Assembly (NCBI RefSeq): GCF_009834535.1
Contig: NC_045696.1
Location: forward strand, 22,198,001-22,262,000
Source of the DNA: Camelus ferus
Lineage: Eukaryota
Length of the DNA: 64,000 nt
Direction: 5' to 3'
Part shown: piece by piece, positions 27,092 to 40,330 of the stretch
How the letters are laid out: each line of letters starts with the position of its first letter
Numbering within the stretch: position 1 is the stretch's first letter
The notes under the pieces: generated by a model
What the model was told of the DNA's origin: nothing
The model's input: only the letters and a program-made list of their open reading frames with translations
Database searches by the model: none
Translations under genes and position numbers: made by a program

Positions 27092-27896
27092 TGTACCCAA
27101 TTACACTGTGGTGGGGGATCCCCATACTACCAAGCAAATCTCTGACACCAAATGTGTGTTCTTTTATAACTGCAACTCAATTCTGACACTATCTACCTGG
27201 AGGTAGCATCAGATTCCACAGATTAAAGTTTCAGTCCCACAAGAATGCCCTCCACTTCAGATGCCAATCACAAGTTCAAGTTGTTGCCTGTGCTTCTGAC
27301 CTCCTGACTATAAATCAGAGGTTCTTACAACTCCATCCTTAAGTTTGATTAACTTGTTAGAGCAGCTCACAGAACTCAGAAGCCCCATTTACTCACTTGA
27401 ATACCAGTTTATTACAAAGGATATTAAAGGATACAATCAACAGCCAGGTGAAGAGATACATAGGGTGAGGTCCTGAACAAAGGAACCCTGTCTTTATGGA
27501 GTTTGAGGCCCAGCATGGTAGCACATAGAACAGTTCTGTTTAACCAACCTTGAAGTTCTAGAAACCCTCTCTTTTTGGATTTTGATGGACACTGCATTAC
27601 ATATGCATGATTAAATAATTGGTCATTGATGATTAATTCAACCTCTACATGGCTCTTCTCCCCTCCCTGGAGGTCAGGGAAAAGGATTGAAAGTACCAAC
27701 CCTCTAATAACATAATTGATTCTCCTGGCAACCAACTCCCATTCTTAGGTGTGGACTAAAAGTCATCTCATTAATATAACAAAATATACTTTTTATCATT
27801 CTCATCACTTATGAAGTTCCAAGAGTTTTAGCAATGTGCCAAAAAACAGGACCAATACTGAAATATATATTTCTTATTATAAATCACAATATCACA
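27092..27896 (-). mobile_element. MER21-like LTR inside an old L1ME
   Basis: caattctgacactatctacctggaggtagcatcagattccacag, agagcagctcacagaactcag, end tatttcttattataaatcacaatatcaca. Confidence 0.8.
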
Positions 27897-28346
27897 ATGG
27901 ACAAAAGAGATGGCCAACAATTCAGAGAAAACGAAATACAGTGTTAAACATTTGAAAAAATGCTCATTCTCACTCAAAGAAGGAGAAGCACAAATTAAAA
28001 TTCTAATGAAATATTTTCAATTATCAAATTGGCAAAGGTGAAAAATGAATAAATTATGGTATTGGTAAGGATAACGGGAAACTGACTCTTTCCAACATCA
28101 CTGATGGGTGTGTAAATCTGCACAAAGCCTATGGAGAGCAATTTTGTCAATATCTACCACAACTTTTATAAAGCAGATAATTTTGACTCAGCAATCTCAT
28201 TTCTAGGAACTAATGTCACAGATAACTTGCAAATATAAAAGGTGACACAGGTAAAGTGTTATTTATAACAGCTTCATTTGCAATAGTAGATTTTTTTAAA
28301 GGAAAATTTGTATGTGCTGATGATAAAAATTATTTAAAATACTTTA

Positions 28347-30633
28347 TTAGTACTTATCAATAATTACTTTAAATGTCAATGGAATAAATACTCCAATCAA
28401 AAGACACAGGATGGCTAATTGGATTAAAAATCAGACCTACCTACATGATGCTTACAAGAGACTCACATCAGACCTAAAGACACACACTGACTGAAAATAA
28501 GGGGATAGAAAAAGATATCTCATGCAAATGGAAACAGTAAAAAAAATCAGGGTTAACAATACTCATATCAGACAAAATACACTTTAAAGCAAAAATCTAG
28601 ATAGGGAAGGTACAGCTCAAGTGGTAGACCTAGGTTCAATCCCCAGGGCCTCCCCTAAAAATAAAGAAACCTAATTACTCACCCCCCCCAAAAAAAGTCT
28701 ATAACAAAAGACGAAGAAGGGCATTATATAATGACAAAGGGATCAATATGACAAGAGGATACCACACTGGTTAACATATACACACCCAACACAGAAGCAT
28801 CTTAGCATATAAAGCAAATGTTAACAGACATAAAGGGAGAAACTGACAAGAATACAATAATACTAGAGGATTTTAACACCCCACTTACATCAATGGAAAG
28901 ACCACCCAGACAGAAAATCAATGAAGCAAGAGTGGTCTTAAATGATGCAATATGCCAGTTAAAAATAATAGATATTTATAGGATCTTCTATTCCAAAGCA
29001 GTATAATAGACATTCTTTTCAAGTGTACATGGAACATTCTCCAGGACAGATCACATGCTAGGCCACAAAACAAGTGTCAATAAATTTAAGAGGCTAGAAA
29101 TTATATCAAGCATTTTTTCTGATCATAAGAGTATGAAACTAGAAATCAATTATAGCAAGAAAAATGGGAAAAGGATAAACAGTGGAGACTAAGCAATATG
29201 CTACTAAAAAACCAATGGATCAATGAAGAATTCAAATAGGAAATCAGAAAATATCTCAAGACACATGAAAATGGAAATACAACTTTCCAAAATGTATGAG
29301 ATACAGCAAAAATAATTCTAAGAGGAGAATTTACAGTGATACAGGCCTTTCTCAAGAAACATGAAAAATTTCAAATAAACAACCTAAACTTCCATCTAAA
29401 GAAATTAGAAAAAGAAGAACAAACAAAGCCCGAAGTCAGCAGAAGGAAAGGAATAATAAACATCAAAGAGGAAATAAATAAAATAGAGACCAAAAAAATA
29501 ATAGAAAAGATCAAGAAAACCAAGAGCTGGTTCTTTGAAAAGATAAACAAAATTGATAAACTGTTAGCCAGGTTCATTAAGAAAAGAGAGAGAGAGAAAC
29601 AACAAGGTTCTACTGTATATCAGAAAGAATTATGTTCAATAGCTTGTAATAAGCTATAATTTAACATTTTATATATATATATATAACTGAATCACTATGC
29701 TATACACCAGAAACTAACACAACATTGTAAATCAACTATACCTCAATTTAAAAAAAAGAAAAAAAAAAGAGAGGACCAAAATAAACAAAATAAGAAATGA
29801 AAGAGAAGTAACAACTGATATTATGAACATACAAAAAAATCATAAGAGAATACTATGAATAGTTGCATGCCAAGAAATTGAACCACTTAGAAGAAATGGA
29901 GAAATTTCCAGAAATATACAACTTTCTAAGACTGAATTAGCATGAAATAGATAATCTAAACAGATAATCAATAGTAGTAAAATTGAATTTGTAATTAAAA
30001 ACCTCCCAGGAAACACAAGTCCAGGACTGGGTGTCTTCACAGAGAAATTCTACCAAACCTATTAAGAAGAGCTAATACTTATCCTTCTCAAACTATTTCA
30101 GAAAACTGAAGAGACAGGAACACTCCCAAATTCATTGTACGAGACCATCATTACTATGATACCAAAACCAGACAAAACATTACTGAAAGAGAAAATTACA
30201 GGCCAATATCTCTCATGAATATAGATGCAAAAATTGTAAACAAAATATTAGCAAATTGAATTCAAGAATCTATTAAAAGGATCGTACACCATGATCAAAT
30301 GGGATTTATTCCAGGTATGCAAGGATGTTTCAAGACCTACAAATCAATCAATGTGATAAACCACATTAACAAAGGAAGAATAAAAATTACATGATCTAAC
30401 TCTCATCAAAGCTAGTTTAGAGGGAATATGTCCCAACATAAGTAATGAGTACTATATATAAAATAAATAAGCAACAAGGATAACTGTAAAGTACAGGGAA
30501 ATGTAGCCATCACTTTGTAATAACTTTAAATGGAGTATAATCTATAAAAATATTGAATCACTATGTTGTAAACCCAAAAGTAACATAATATTGTAAACCA
30601 ACTGTAGTTTAATTAAAAATAATAAAAATGAAA
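28347..30633 (+). mobile_element. LINE-1 ORF2 5' part (endonuclease to start of RT) joined to a 3' UTR; carries a SINE (~28603-28695) and a short L1 tail insert (~29597-29768)
   Basis: Decayed ORF2 peptides in the ORF track (IILEDFNTPLTSMER; KTKSWFFEKINKIDKLLAR), start taattactttaaatgtcaatgga (ITLNVNG), aattacaggccaatatctctcatgaatatagatgcaaaa ([13 protein letters not shown]). Confidence 0.92.
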
Positions 30634-31904
30634 TAAAATATTTTAAGCAAAAAAGGGAAAGATTTCAGAACAGTGCATGTAATATCCTACCATTGTTTAT
30701 TTCTAAAAAGCCAATAATTTAAATACAATATGCATGTATTTGTGTATATGAATAAATATGCATATATTCATATCTGCACACGATTACATTTGCATAAAAT
30801 ATCTCTGGAAGGATGCACAAAAATTGGTGATAAACATTGCTTTCAGAGATGGGTTCTGGGGGACTGAAAGACAGAGGGAGAAGATAATTTTCATTTCACA
30901 TTTTTTTTTCATGAGGAACCACTTGTCAGAGTCCTCAGTAATCATGGAAGTGACCCGATTAGTTAAGGCAGCGCAGAGGATGTTAGAATTGTGCAACACA
31001 CAACTCAAAGAAAGAAGACTTTTTGGATATGATTGGAGAGTCAAGGTTTGGAAGTTACAATGAAGGTCTAAGTGAATACCACCTTCTGGTCCAGAGATAC
31101 AAAGAAAGAAAGAACGGCTAGCATCTTTAAAGAAAGCTGCCTGAACAGTGATGATGTCAAGGAAAAGCCAAGTTTACATTAGGACAAGAACACAGTGAGT
31201 TCCGAGAAGAGATTGAGGGTGTTGTGGAGAATAGAAAAAGATTTCCAGAGAGCAGAGAGGGTTGTGAGAGAGGTCAGCAGTGGGAAGTCATGAGAAGATG
31301 ATTCAGAGAAAAAAAAAGCACAGAGCATGAAGGAGAAGAAAATAAGAAATGCCTGAGGAGCCTGCATTCTAGACCTCAGGGTAACTGGCATGAGAGGCAT
31401 GAAAGGCATGTACAGCTAACAAGGTTCTATGGTTTCGTCAGTGTCAGTCTGGGCTCAGGGCCTGAGTGAACCAATGGCGTTAGCTGGTGGCCCAGTCTGT
31501 AAGTGCTGAGATTGGCACTGGCTAGAACCCATGTGTTCTCAACTATTTGGCTGTGGTCTTATTCAACAGACTCTGCACAGTGTCCCTAATAGAAATTCAG
31601 TAAAAAAAAAAAAAATTCTGTGCAGCCACGAAATTCAACTCTAAGTAGTATTAGCCACCCGTAACAGAGGGCCTTTCCTCCCAACCTCATCATCAACCTG
31701 AAATTTCACTTTCTGACCTATTTTTTCCAATATTCCCAATCACTCACTATAACTGAGCTTGCCTTTGCCTTCACTGAGACCTACACTTTTACCATTACCT
31801 CTCTTTTGAGGATCTTAAGTAAGTAGAACAGAAATTAGAGATCATCTACCCTAGTGGTGCTCAACTTTGGTTGCTCAGTAGAAATCATCCAGTTGTGCAA
31901 CAGC

Positions 31905-32355
31905 GCAGATGGAGACTGAGGGAACTATGCTAAGTGAAATAAGCCAGAGAGAGACAGACACTTACACATGGAATGTAAAAACAAAACAAAACTTAGAAAC
32001 AGAATAGACTGGTGGTTGCCAGGGGTGGGAGTTTGTGGGTAGCTGGGTAAAGCTGGTCAGAAGATGCAAACTTCCAGTTATAAGATGAGTAAGTTCTGGG
32101 AATCTAATGTACAGCATGGTGACTACAGGTAACAATACTGTACTGTATACATGACAGTTATTAAGAGAACTTAAAAGTTCTCACATTAAAAAAAAAAGGT
32201 AGCTATATGAGATGACAGATGTATTAAGTAATATTATTAATGAATGTGGTAATCATTTCACAATATATACATATATCAAATCATGGCTTTGTATGAACAC
32301 CTTAAACTTACAGAATGTTACATGTCACTTATATCTCAATAAAGCTGGAAAAAAG
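31905..32355 (+). mobile_element. L1MA-type 3' end inserted in a MER5-like element (31850-32510)
   Basis: atgctaagtgaaataagccaga...ttccagttataagatgagtaagttctgggaatctaatgtacagcatggtgac...tatatctcaataaagctggaaaaa; flanks gtggtgctcaactttgg and ccaaggtcgagcactg. Confidence 0.8.
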
Positions 32356-35300
32356 TCACCTAACATGCTTTAAAAAAACAACAACAAAAGCCGGGTATCT
32401 AAGTCACACCTCCCAATCTGATTTAATTGTTCTAAGATAGGAACCAAGAATAATATTTTTTTTAAACTTCCCCAGGCACGTTTATATATAGCCAAGGTCG
32501 AGCACTGATTTACTTCAACACTTTTGTTATAAAGATGAAGGAGCTAAGGGAAACGGTCTAAGGTCTACTACCTTAGAAACTGAAGGTAGGGGGGACCCAA
32601 GCCTCCAGACCTAGTGCTCATTACCCTGCATCATGTTGCTTTGACCCATGATTCTGTCCTGTCTCTCAGCCTCACTAGGATCTTTACCCAACTTTAAGGC
32701 ACCAATTAAAAATACCAAAATGTGACCAGCATGACTCCACATACATCCAGCTCCCAACTCCTGTGGAGGCCCAAAGCTCTACTTCTGTTCCACTGTGCAC
32801 TGTTGCTCTGCATTGCTTGAGGAAGTTGCTGACTGGTGCCAGTTGGCTCCTTAACATACTCATGCTATCTAACCTCAGCGTGTCCTCATCCTGCTTGGCC
32901 ATCCTTATTTCACTCTTTTTGTTCCTTGTCATGTCACCCAGAGAGGCTGTGCCAATTCATTCCTGTGCTCCTTGAATCACTTGCCTTAGCTCACCTCAGC
33001 AGATTAAACCATCTGAAATTAATGTTTCTTCCCTAGCCTCCCCTCTGCCTGAAATCACCTCTGTGTTTTCATTTATTCTTTTTACAAATCTAACCTTTGC
33101 CTGTGATTAGATTTAGCCACCCCCTCCCCAACTTTTTTTCTGTAGTACAGGTTCTGCTTCCTCTTTCTCCAGTCAAGCATTTCTTCTCTACTGTCTCTTC
33201 CCTCTCAGAGAGGGAACTTACGAGTTTTTCCCAATCCTTCCCTTACAATTACAGCCCTATTAAGCTACTAATTACCACCCATTTTTCTTTCTCCGCTTAA
33301 TTTTTCTAATGGATGGTTTACAATCACTCCCTCAGTGTTTCTACCTCTTGTCAGTAATGTGACTTCCATCATCCATCTGCTGAAACCATTCTCTTATTTA
33401 TACATGCTGGATTACTTGCCAAAATTAAGCCTTATTCATTGTTCTTGCACTGAGGAGCACTCCCTTTTTTCGAAACTTTCTTCCCCTTTTTTTCATTATA
33501 TTGGATCACTGCATTCTCAATTTTGTTTCCTCTCTCTCTCTCTCACTCTCTCTTCCTCTCTGTCTCTTTCTCTTTCTGCCTCTGTCTCTTCTGGCTCTGA
33601 ATTTTCTGACCATACCTCAGTATGTCAATCTGTGGCTGTGGACTAGCAATACTGCTGTGACCCAGGAGCTTGTCAGATATAGAGCATCTCAGACCTACTG
33701 AGTCAAACTCCGTATTTCAGTAGCATGTCCAGGTGATTCATATACATGGTAAAGCACCAGAAGCATTGCTTTAAGGTTCTGCCCTTGGCCGTTTTCTCTA
33801 ACCTTTGCTCACTCTATTCTTGATCTGATCCTAAACTCCAAGTAGCCACTCTAAACAAAAATCCCAGATCTATTCCTCTGACCATGAGTTCCTTCCATCC
33901 TTTACACCATGCCTGCATTTTCAACAAGCTTTTGAACATCTGCTATGGGTATTTAATGGACAGAATTTCATGTTCAAAGGAAGTCTTAACTTCTTCTCTC
34001 AAAACTATTCTTTCTTCCCTATATGAATAGATGAACTCGCCCAGGCACCTGGGGTTATCATTTTTTTTTGTTAACTTTGATTCCTTTTCTCTGTGACTGA
34101 CCTTCAGACTATAAAGCATATAATCTTAATTGGTTCCATTCCTTGTCTTTTGCATTCCTATTACTTAACAAAACATAGGAGGATAGGCAATGATAGGTAG
34201 ATAGATACATAGATAGACAATTGCTTATTATGAGTTATGAGCCAAGTATTCCTCTAAGAGCTTTGCAAATATAAACTCATTTAAACCTGCCTTTGTTGGA
34301 CAATAGTATCTAATTGTCTTGCCCTCTTTTAAACTCTGCTCATTTTTTAGCTAGATCTCTGCTGTTGCCCAACTGCTCTGGTCACCTGCTTACTTCTACA
34401 CTCTCCTCAATCAGGGACCATATGACAAAAATTCTAATTAACCTGTGTGTAGTGCTTTATAGTTCACAAAGTAATTTCAAAAGGATCATCTTATTTAACT
34501 CGCACAAGAAAAAAAAAAAACTAGGAGCATGGTGCTATATCTCCATTTTATAAATAAGTAAAATAAGATTCTAAGTATTTATATGATTTTTTCAAAACCA
34601 ACTACTTACACTTGAAATAGGCTGAGGTAAGAAGTAAGCTGACTTCTTACACTTATTTGGTGCAGCTGTCTCTTCCTAAAGTACAGAGAGCGCCTCCTCT
34701 TAACAAAACAAAGTGAAACAATGTTCATGTCTTCTGATTATCTACAGAATGATGCAAACCACCTTTCCCCTTTAACTCCCCTACACCCTGTTCTACGATT
34801 ACTCACTGTTCCCAAAATGTTCCAGTGCTTTCCAGATTCAGCTTCTGTTCACTGTTCCCACCACCTGCAGTGCCCTTCCCATCACCATCCAACAAAGCTG
34901 ACCCCAACACTCAAGGCCCCGCTCAAATGGCCTCACCTCCATGAAACCCCTTCCCTATGACCTATGACAGGCTGAATTAATGTATGCTTTCTCTCTTTTA
35001 CCGAATCATTTAGAGCATGGTGAATCAGAGCATTGCTTCTGGAGTCCAAGCGCCTGGGTTCTAGGCCTGACTAAGCCATTTACTCGGGCTTCTGTTCCTC
35101 CTGAAGTGAGAATGACAGTAGTATTCAGGTCATCAGCTTTGATGAAATACTGGGCATAGTACTGGACACAGATATACAGCAGTGACCAAACCCATGAGGT
35201 TTCTGCAGCTATGAAGCTTCATTTAGCGAAGGAAATAAATAACAAATGAGTAAAAATAAATGTTTTACATAATTGTCATCAGCAATGGCCATTAACAATT

Positions 35301-35449
35301 CCCAGGAACTAAAAATAGAATCTGGGTAATAAAAAAGTCTAACCTTTTTTTTCTTTTCTTTACCCTTGTGCCTAGTATAGTTTCACTTGCTCACAGGGGG
35401 CTGTGTGCAGAGGCCTTACACCCAGCTCTTCAGACCAGAGTTCCTAGTG

Positions 35450-35660
35450 CAGAACGGCAGCACGGAGACCTTCGAGGACGGTGTGCAGAAGCTGCTGTGA
35501 ACGACGTCACAGCGCAAGATGGCGGTGGCGGGGCAGAGACACGGCGCCGCGCTGCAGTCTGGAGCATGCGCAGTGCAGCTGCGCACGACCCCGCGAGAAC
35601 TCCACTCCTCCCTCCCTGCTGAGGAGGCCCCAGTGAAGCAGCCCCGCCCACCGCCCCTCA
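35450..35660. promoter_or_regulatory. Small orphan CpG-rich patch with YY1/CRE/NRF1/GC-box motifs
   Basis: Dense CpGs in AT-rich surroundings; gacgtca 35503-35509, caagatggcgg 35515-35525, ggcggggc 35527-35534, gcatgcgca 35564-35572. Confidence 0.6.
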
Positions 35661-36146
35661 GGAGAGTTCCAACCCCTCCATTCTCTGATCAGAGAATAAT
35701 GTTTTCCTTTGCTTCTGACCCCAACTCGATATTGTTCTATTGACTTCAACAACACTGGGCAGAAGGACCGTTGCTAGGAATCCACTCAGAAGGGTCAGTA
35801 ACATAATGTCTTAGCTGATCACCTATTTAAAGGCCCTGTAAGAGAATGGGGAAATGAGCAGGGCTGATCCATTCAAAGTGCTGGAGGAAGTGTCCCAGGT
35901 GTAGCAAACAGCAAGTGCAAAGGACTAGAAGAATAAAGGAAACTGAAATGTTTGCAGAACTGACAGGTCCTGTAGCAGAAGCACAGTGAGTGAAGGAAAG
36001 AGGAAAATGAGACAAAACTGGAGAGAGAAACCAGGTGCATAAGCTATGGCAAAAAATTTTATTACATTTGAGTTATAATGGGAAGAATTGAGACACTTTA
36101 AGTGGACAGACAAATTTTTTGTCCAGTTTTTGTTTTTAAAAGAACA

Positions 36147-36238
36147 GGGGGGGGGGGTATAGCTCAGTGGCAGGGAGCATGCTTAGCATGCACGAGGTCC
36201 TTGGTTCAATCCCCAGTACCGCCATTAAAAAAAAAAAA
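36147..36238 (+). mobile_element. Vic-1-type SINE, short form, followed by a GA-rich simple repeat (36250-36355)
   Basis: gggggtatagctcagtggcagggagcatgcttagcatgcacgaggtccttggttcaatccccagtaccgcc plus A tail. Confidence 0.9.
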
Positions 36239-36429
36239 GGAATGCTCTGGGAAAGGAAGAAAAGAAGGGTGGAAGGGAGGGAGCTGGGGAGGGAGAGAGA
36301 AAGAAAAGAAGGAGGGAAGGAAGGAAGGAAGGGAAAGAAAGAAAGAGAGAAAGATGGATGCTTCAGCTGATGTTTGTAGAAATAAAACAACTATGTTTAC
36401 ATATTAGCACAAGGGCAGGTAAGCACTTA

Positions 36430-36925
36430 CTGGTGAATTGTATCTTCCCAAAGTGCCAGCATCAATATATCCCATCCCACACACTCCTCTTACAATATGG
36501 TGTTGTCATTCTGATGTCAAGAGGTGAGGTCTAGGTTCCCTTCCCCTGAATCCAGGTGGGCCTATGACTAGAGTGATAATGATATCATGTGACTGCCCAG
36601 GTTAAGTAGTAAAAGGCAATAGAGCTTTGACATTGAAACCCATCCACCATGCTGTGAGGAAGCCAAACAGCTACAGGGAAAAGCCACATGAAGGGGTTCC
36701 AGCCACTGCCCAGTAGGGATGCTGGTAACAGCCAGAACCAACTTCTAGACACCTGAGTGCGCCTTCAGATGATTCTAGGCTTCAACTTTGAGCCACTCCA
36801 AGTGATGCAGAGAGAGACTGTCCCTGCCAAACCTTGCCGTAATGCAGACTTGGGAACAGCTTAAATGTTGTTGTTTTAAATCACTAGATTTTGGGGTGGT
36901 TGGTTGCATAGCATTAGAAAAATGA
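36430..36925 (+). mobile_element. Old MaLR LTR (MLT1G/H-like)
   Basis: caagaggtgaggtctaggttcccttcccctgaatc, ccaccatgctgtgaggaagcc, gttgttgttttaaatcactagattttggggtggttgg. Confidence 0.7.
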
Positions 36926-37267
36926 AAGTGTTAGTATTAATATCATATCTGTTAATTGCCTATCCAATAGCATCTCTTCCCTTCCTTTTTAAAAGCAGAA
37001 CCCCAATTTTCTTTGGAAGAGCAAAATAGCCCATTAACAAAAACTCATTCCCCTAAATACCTCACAGCTAAGGGTTGACATACGATTCAATTCTAGTTAA
37101 TGAAACGTAAGTGGGCATTTACTGGTTAGGGCTTCCAGGAAAGCTATTGTATTCTCAACAAAAAGGGACAGACTCAGTTAATAGGTATCTTTTGCCTCCA
37201 CATTTCCCACCTTTTTTGCCCAGAACTTGGATACAAAACGTGGAACAAACTTGCAACAATAAAGATA

Positions 37268-37437
37268 AAGGTCCAGCTTTATGGGTGTGCAACCCCATGA
37301 AGTTGCACAGGACCCTGAGTTGTAGTTTAATGTTCTGCTGGGGTCAACTTGAACTGCTTAATATTTGAACAAGATTCCACCCCCCCGACACACACACACA
37401 CACTTTTCATTTTGCACAAATTACATAGCCAGTCCTG
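37268..37437 (+). mobile_element. MER45A-like hAT-Tip100 MITE within an older MLT1 remnant
   Basis: ccagctttatgggtgtgcaacc...gcacaggaccc ... ttttcattttgcac aaattacatagccagtcctg. Confidence 0.65.
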
Positions 37438-37711
37438 GTCTGTCACTAAGAAGAGCTGGAAGTTAAAAGGAGCCTTACTAGAAGAGGAGGCCAGACTTTT
37501 GCCCTTGGTGCTTCTTGCTAACATGAAGAAAATAACTCAGTTTCTTGCTTAAGTCACTGTAGCAGAACTCAAGGTTAATGATACCCTCTTCAGCACTCTC
37601 CCCTGCTTTCTTAGATTAGATACAATAGTGTATCCATGTTTCCCTTGTTAGACTGCTGTAATCTACACAAGAGACAAGGCATTTCTCACTGACCTGTGTG
37701 TCCTCTCTGAA

Positions 37712-37849
37712 TTTTATCTTTTCTTTTCTTTTTTTTCTGGTGGGTGGGGGTAATTAGATTTATTTAATTTTAAATGGAGGTATTGGGGATTGAACCCAGG
37801 ACCTCCTGCATGCTCAGCATGCACTCTGCCAATGAGCTCTACCCTCCCT
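37712..37849 (-). mobile_element. Vic-1-type SINE
   Basis: ggtaattagattt...tggaggtattggggattgaacccaggacctcctgcatgctcagcatgcactctgccaatgagctctaccctccc. Confidence 0.9.
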
Positions 37850-38185
37850 ACGGTCAAACTTTAGAACAGAGCTTTCATTCATGGGTGTCTCCTAAGACTA
37901 AGCGCTATGTTAAAGACAAGACTCTGCCTCAGACACATAAAGAAGTTGTTCCATATAAGGCATTAATTAGAATGATAGCACTGACACAGCCTTAAGGGAG
38001 AGTAGGCGAAGGAAGTCAGTCAACAAATGTCTGATAAATGTAACTGTGAACGATTACTGTCTCCTCAGGTTTGCCATCAGTCCAAGAATGGCAACTTGGT
38101 ATGTGGTTGTGTTATACCTCTTTACAGCTTGTTTAGGAAGCCAAACCTATACATGCTTATCCTTTTTCCAGGTTTGGGGATGGTA

Positions 38186-38450
38186 CAACTAGCCCCCCAT
38201 AGCTGCAGGTTCCACATCCACAGTTTCAATGAACTATGGATCAAAAATATTCAAAATAAATTCCGGAAAGTTCCAAAAGGCAAAATTTGAATTTGCTGTG
38301 AGACAGTAACTATTTACATAGCATTTGCATTGTATTATGTATTATAAGTAATCTAGAGATGATTTCAAGTATCGGGATAAAAAAAGTACTATATACAAAT
38401 ATTACACCATCTTCTATAAGGGACTTGAGGATTTGCTGATTTTGGTATTG
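38186..38450 (-). mobile_element. MER2/MER2B (Tigger) MITE
   Basis: gaaagttccaaaaggcaaaatttgaatttgc...tattataagtaatctagagatgattt...ataagggacttgag. Confidence 0.8.
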
Positions 38451-39611
38451 GTGTGTGGAAACTCTGTACCTTCCACTCAATTTTGCTGCGAACTTAAAAC
38501 TGCTCTAAAAAAAAGTGTTTTTAAAAATTAAAAAAATTAAAGTTTTTTAAGAAGAAAAACTAAAGATATTTTCTATAGTCATAATGTATCACCTTTAAGT
38601 ATATTTTACAAAAATACTTCTTTCCTTTTGGGGATTTTCTTGCTAGATTTGACTTGTGTTCTTTTATTTCTTAACCATGGAAGATTACATATTATCTTGG
38701 CAGTGAATTAACTGAGAGGCAGTCAGGAAAGGGTTTAACTGCTTGGCCTCTGAAGTCAGACAATTCGGCCATATGAGTTTGGGTTTGAACCTCAGTTTCC
38801 TCACTTGGAAAAGTGGAATAATAATAGTCACTGTGTTATAGGGTTGTTTTGAGGAGGAATCAGTGAGGGGATTTAAGGTACCCTGTACATATTGTGTGCT
38901 GAATAAATATTAGTACAGTGGACTGTTATTGATTCTGGCAATTCATAATCCATTCCTTCCATGTGTGGTAACCACATCCCTATTTCCCTTCAGAGCAGTA
39001 CCTCTGCCAATCTCAGATCACGTTGTTTGTTGACTCTGCACCCCACTGAACTCCAGGTCGCAAAACTGGACACGAACTAGAGCCAATCAACTCATCACAT
39101 TTCCCAGGCCAGGCCAATTCGTTTAGGAATGGGCAAGCAACCCAACTCAGGCAAAGGATACAGGAAGACTTTTGCTGAAACTTCAGGACAGAGCAGCCAC
39201 TCTTTTCTGGTGGCCTTAAGGCTGCGAAAATGTAAGGTCTGGGGCTGCTGTAGCCCTTTTTAACATCACAAGAAGAGAGGATGTCTGGGAATGGTGCCAG
39301 AGAGAAGAGCAGAGAGCCTGGGAGAGAGAAAGTGGGCCCCAAAGGCATCACAAGTCCTTGTGCCTTTCAGTTACATGATCATACAACCTCCCTTTTTACT
39401 TCAGCCAATGTCGGTTGAGTTTTCTGTCCAAGGCAAGAAAAGAGTTCTGACTCAGCTATTATTACTGTGATGTCATGAGAGCTATGATGAAATTGTTATT
39501 GAAAAGATGATGTACATCAAGGTTGAAGAGCATAACTGAGATATAATATTTTAATTACTCAAAATTATGCCAACCTGACAATTACTTTTGCAAGATGCAG
39601 ATTACTTCAGA

Positions 39612-40330
39612 AAAATAGAAGGGAATTTCCTCAACCTGATAAGAGGTAATATGACAATCCTATAGCTAGTGTCATAAATGGAGAAAGACTGAACACATCC
39701 CTCCTAAGATGGGGACCAGGGCAAAGATGTCCACTCCCATCATTTCTATTCAACATTGTACTGGAGGTTCTAACACTATAATAAGATAAGAGAAAGACAT
39801 AAAAGTAAACAGATTGGAAAGAAAGACACAAATCCCTATTTATTTACAAATGACATGATCATCTATGTAAAAAATCCTAAGGAACCTACAAATAAGCTAC
39901 TAGAACTAAAACTGAGTTTAGTAAGATGGCAAGATTTAAAGTCAATATAAAAAAAAAGTTGTATTTCTGTATATTAGCAATGCAAAATCAGAACTGAAGT
40001 TAAAATTTACCATTTACAATGGCATCAAAAATATGGAATACTTAAGGATAAAGTTGAAAAAAATGTTTATGACTCATACAGTAAAAATTACAAACATAGC
40101 TGAGAAAAATTAAAGAACAATTAACTGAATGCAGAGATAAACCATATTCATAGATTAGAAGACAATATTGTTAAGATGTCAGTTCTCTCCAAAATGATCT
40201 ATAGATTCAAGGCATCCTAGTCAAAATCCCAGCAGGCTACTTTGTAGAAGCTGATTTTAAAATTTATATGAAAATTCCCAAGATTCAGAGGAGCCAAAAC
40301 AACTTGGGGAAAAAAGAACAAAGTTAGAGG
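39612..40330 (+). mobile_element. Old LINE-1 ORF2 (RT) fragment
   Basis: caaagatgtccactcccatcatttctattcaacattgtactggagg (CPL..FLFNIVLE) and tttacaaatgacatgatcatctatgta (FADDMI-like). Confidence 0.85.

Noticed and set aside
28818..29659. ORFs with L1 ORF2 similarity as an active retrotransposon
   Set aside because: Many stops, two nested insertions and loss of most of RT.
36147..36238. tRNA-Ala(AGC) gene look-alikes (also 12589, 21027, 37712, 41981, 58829)
   Set aside because: Substitutions in stems and A/B boxes, A-rich tails instead of a Pol III T-run terminator, and TSDs on several copies: they are SINEs.
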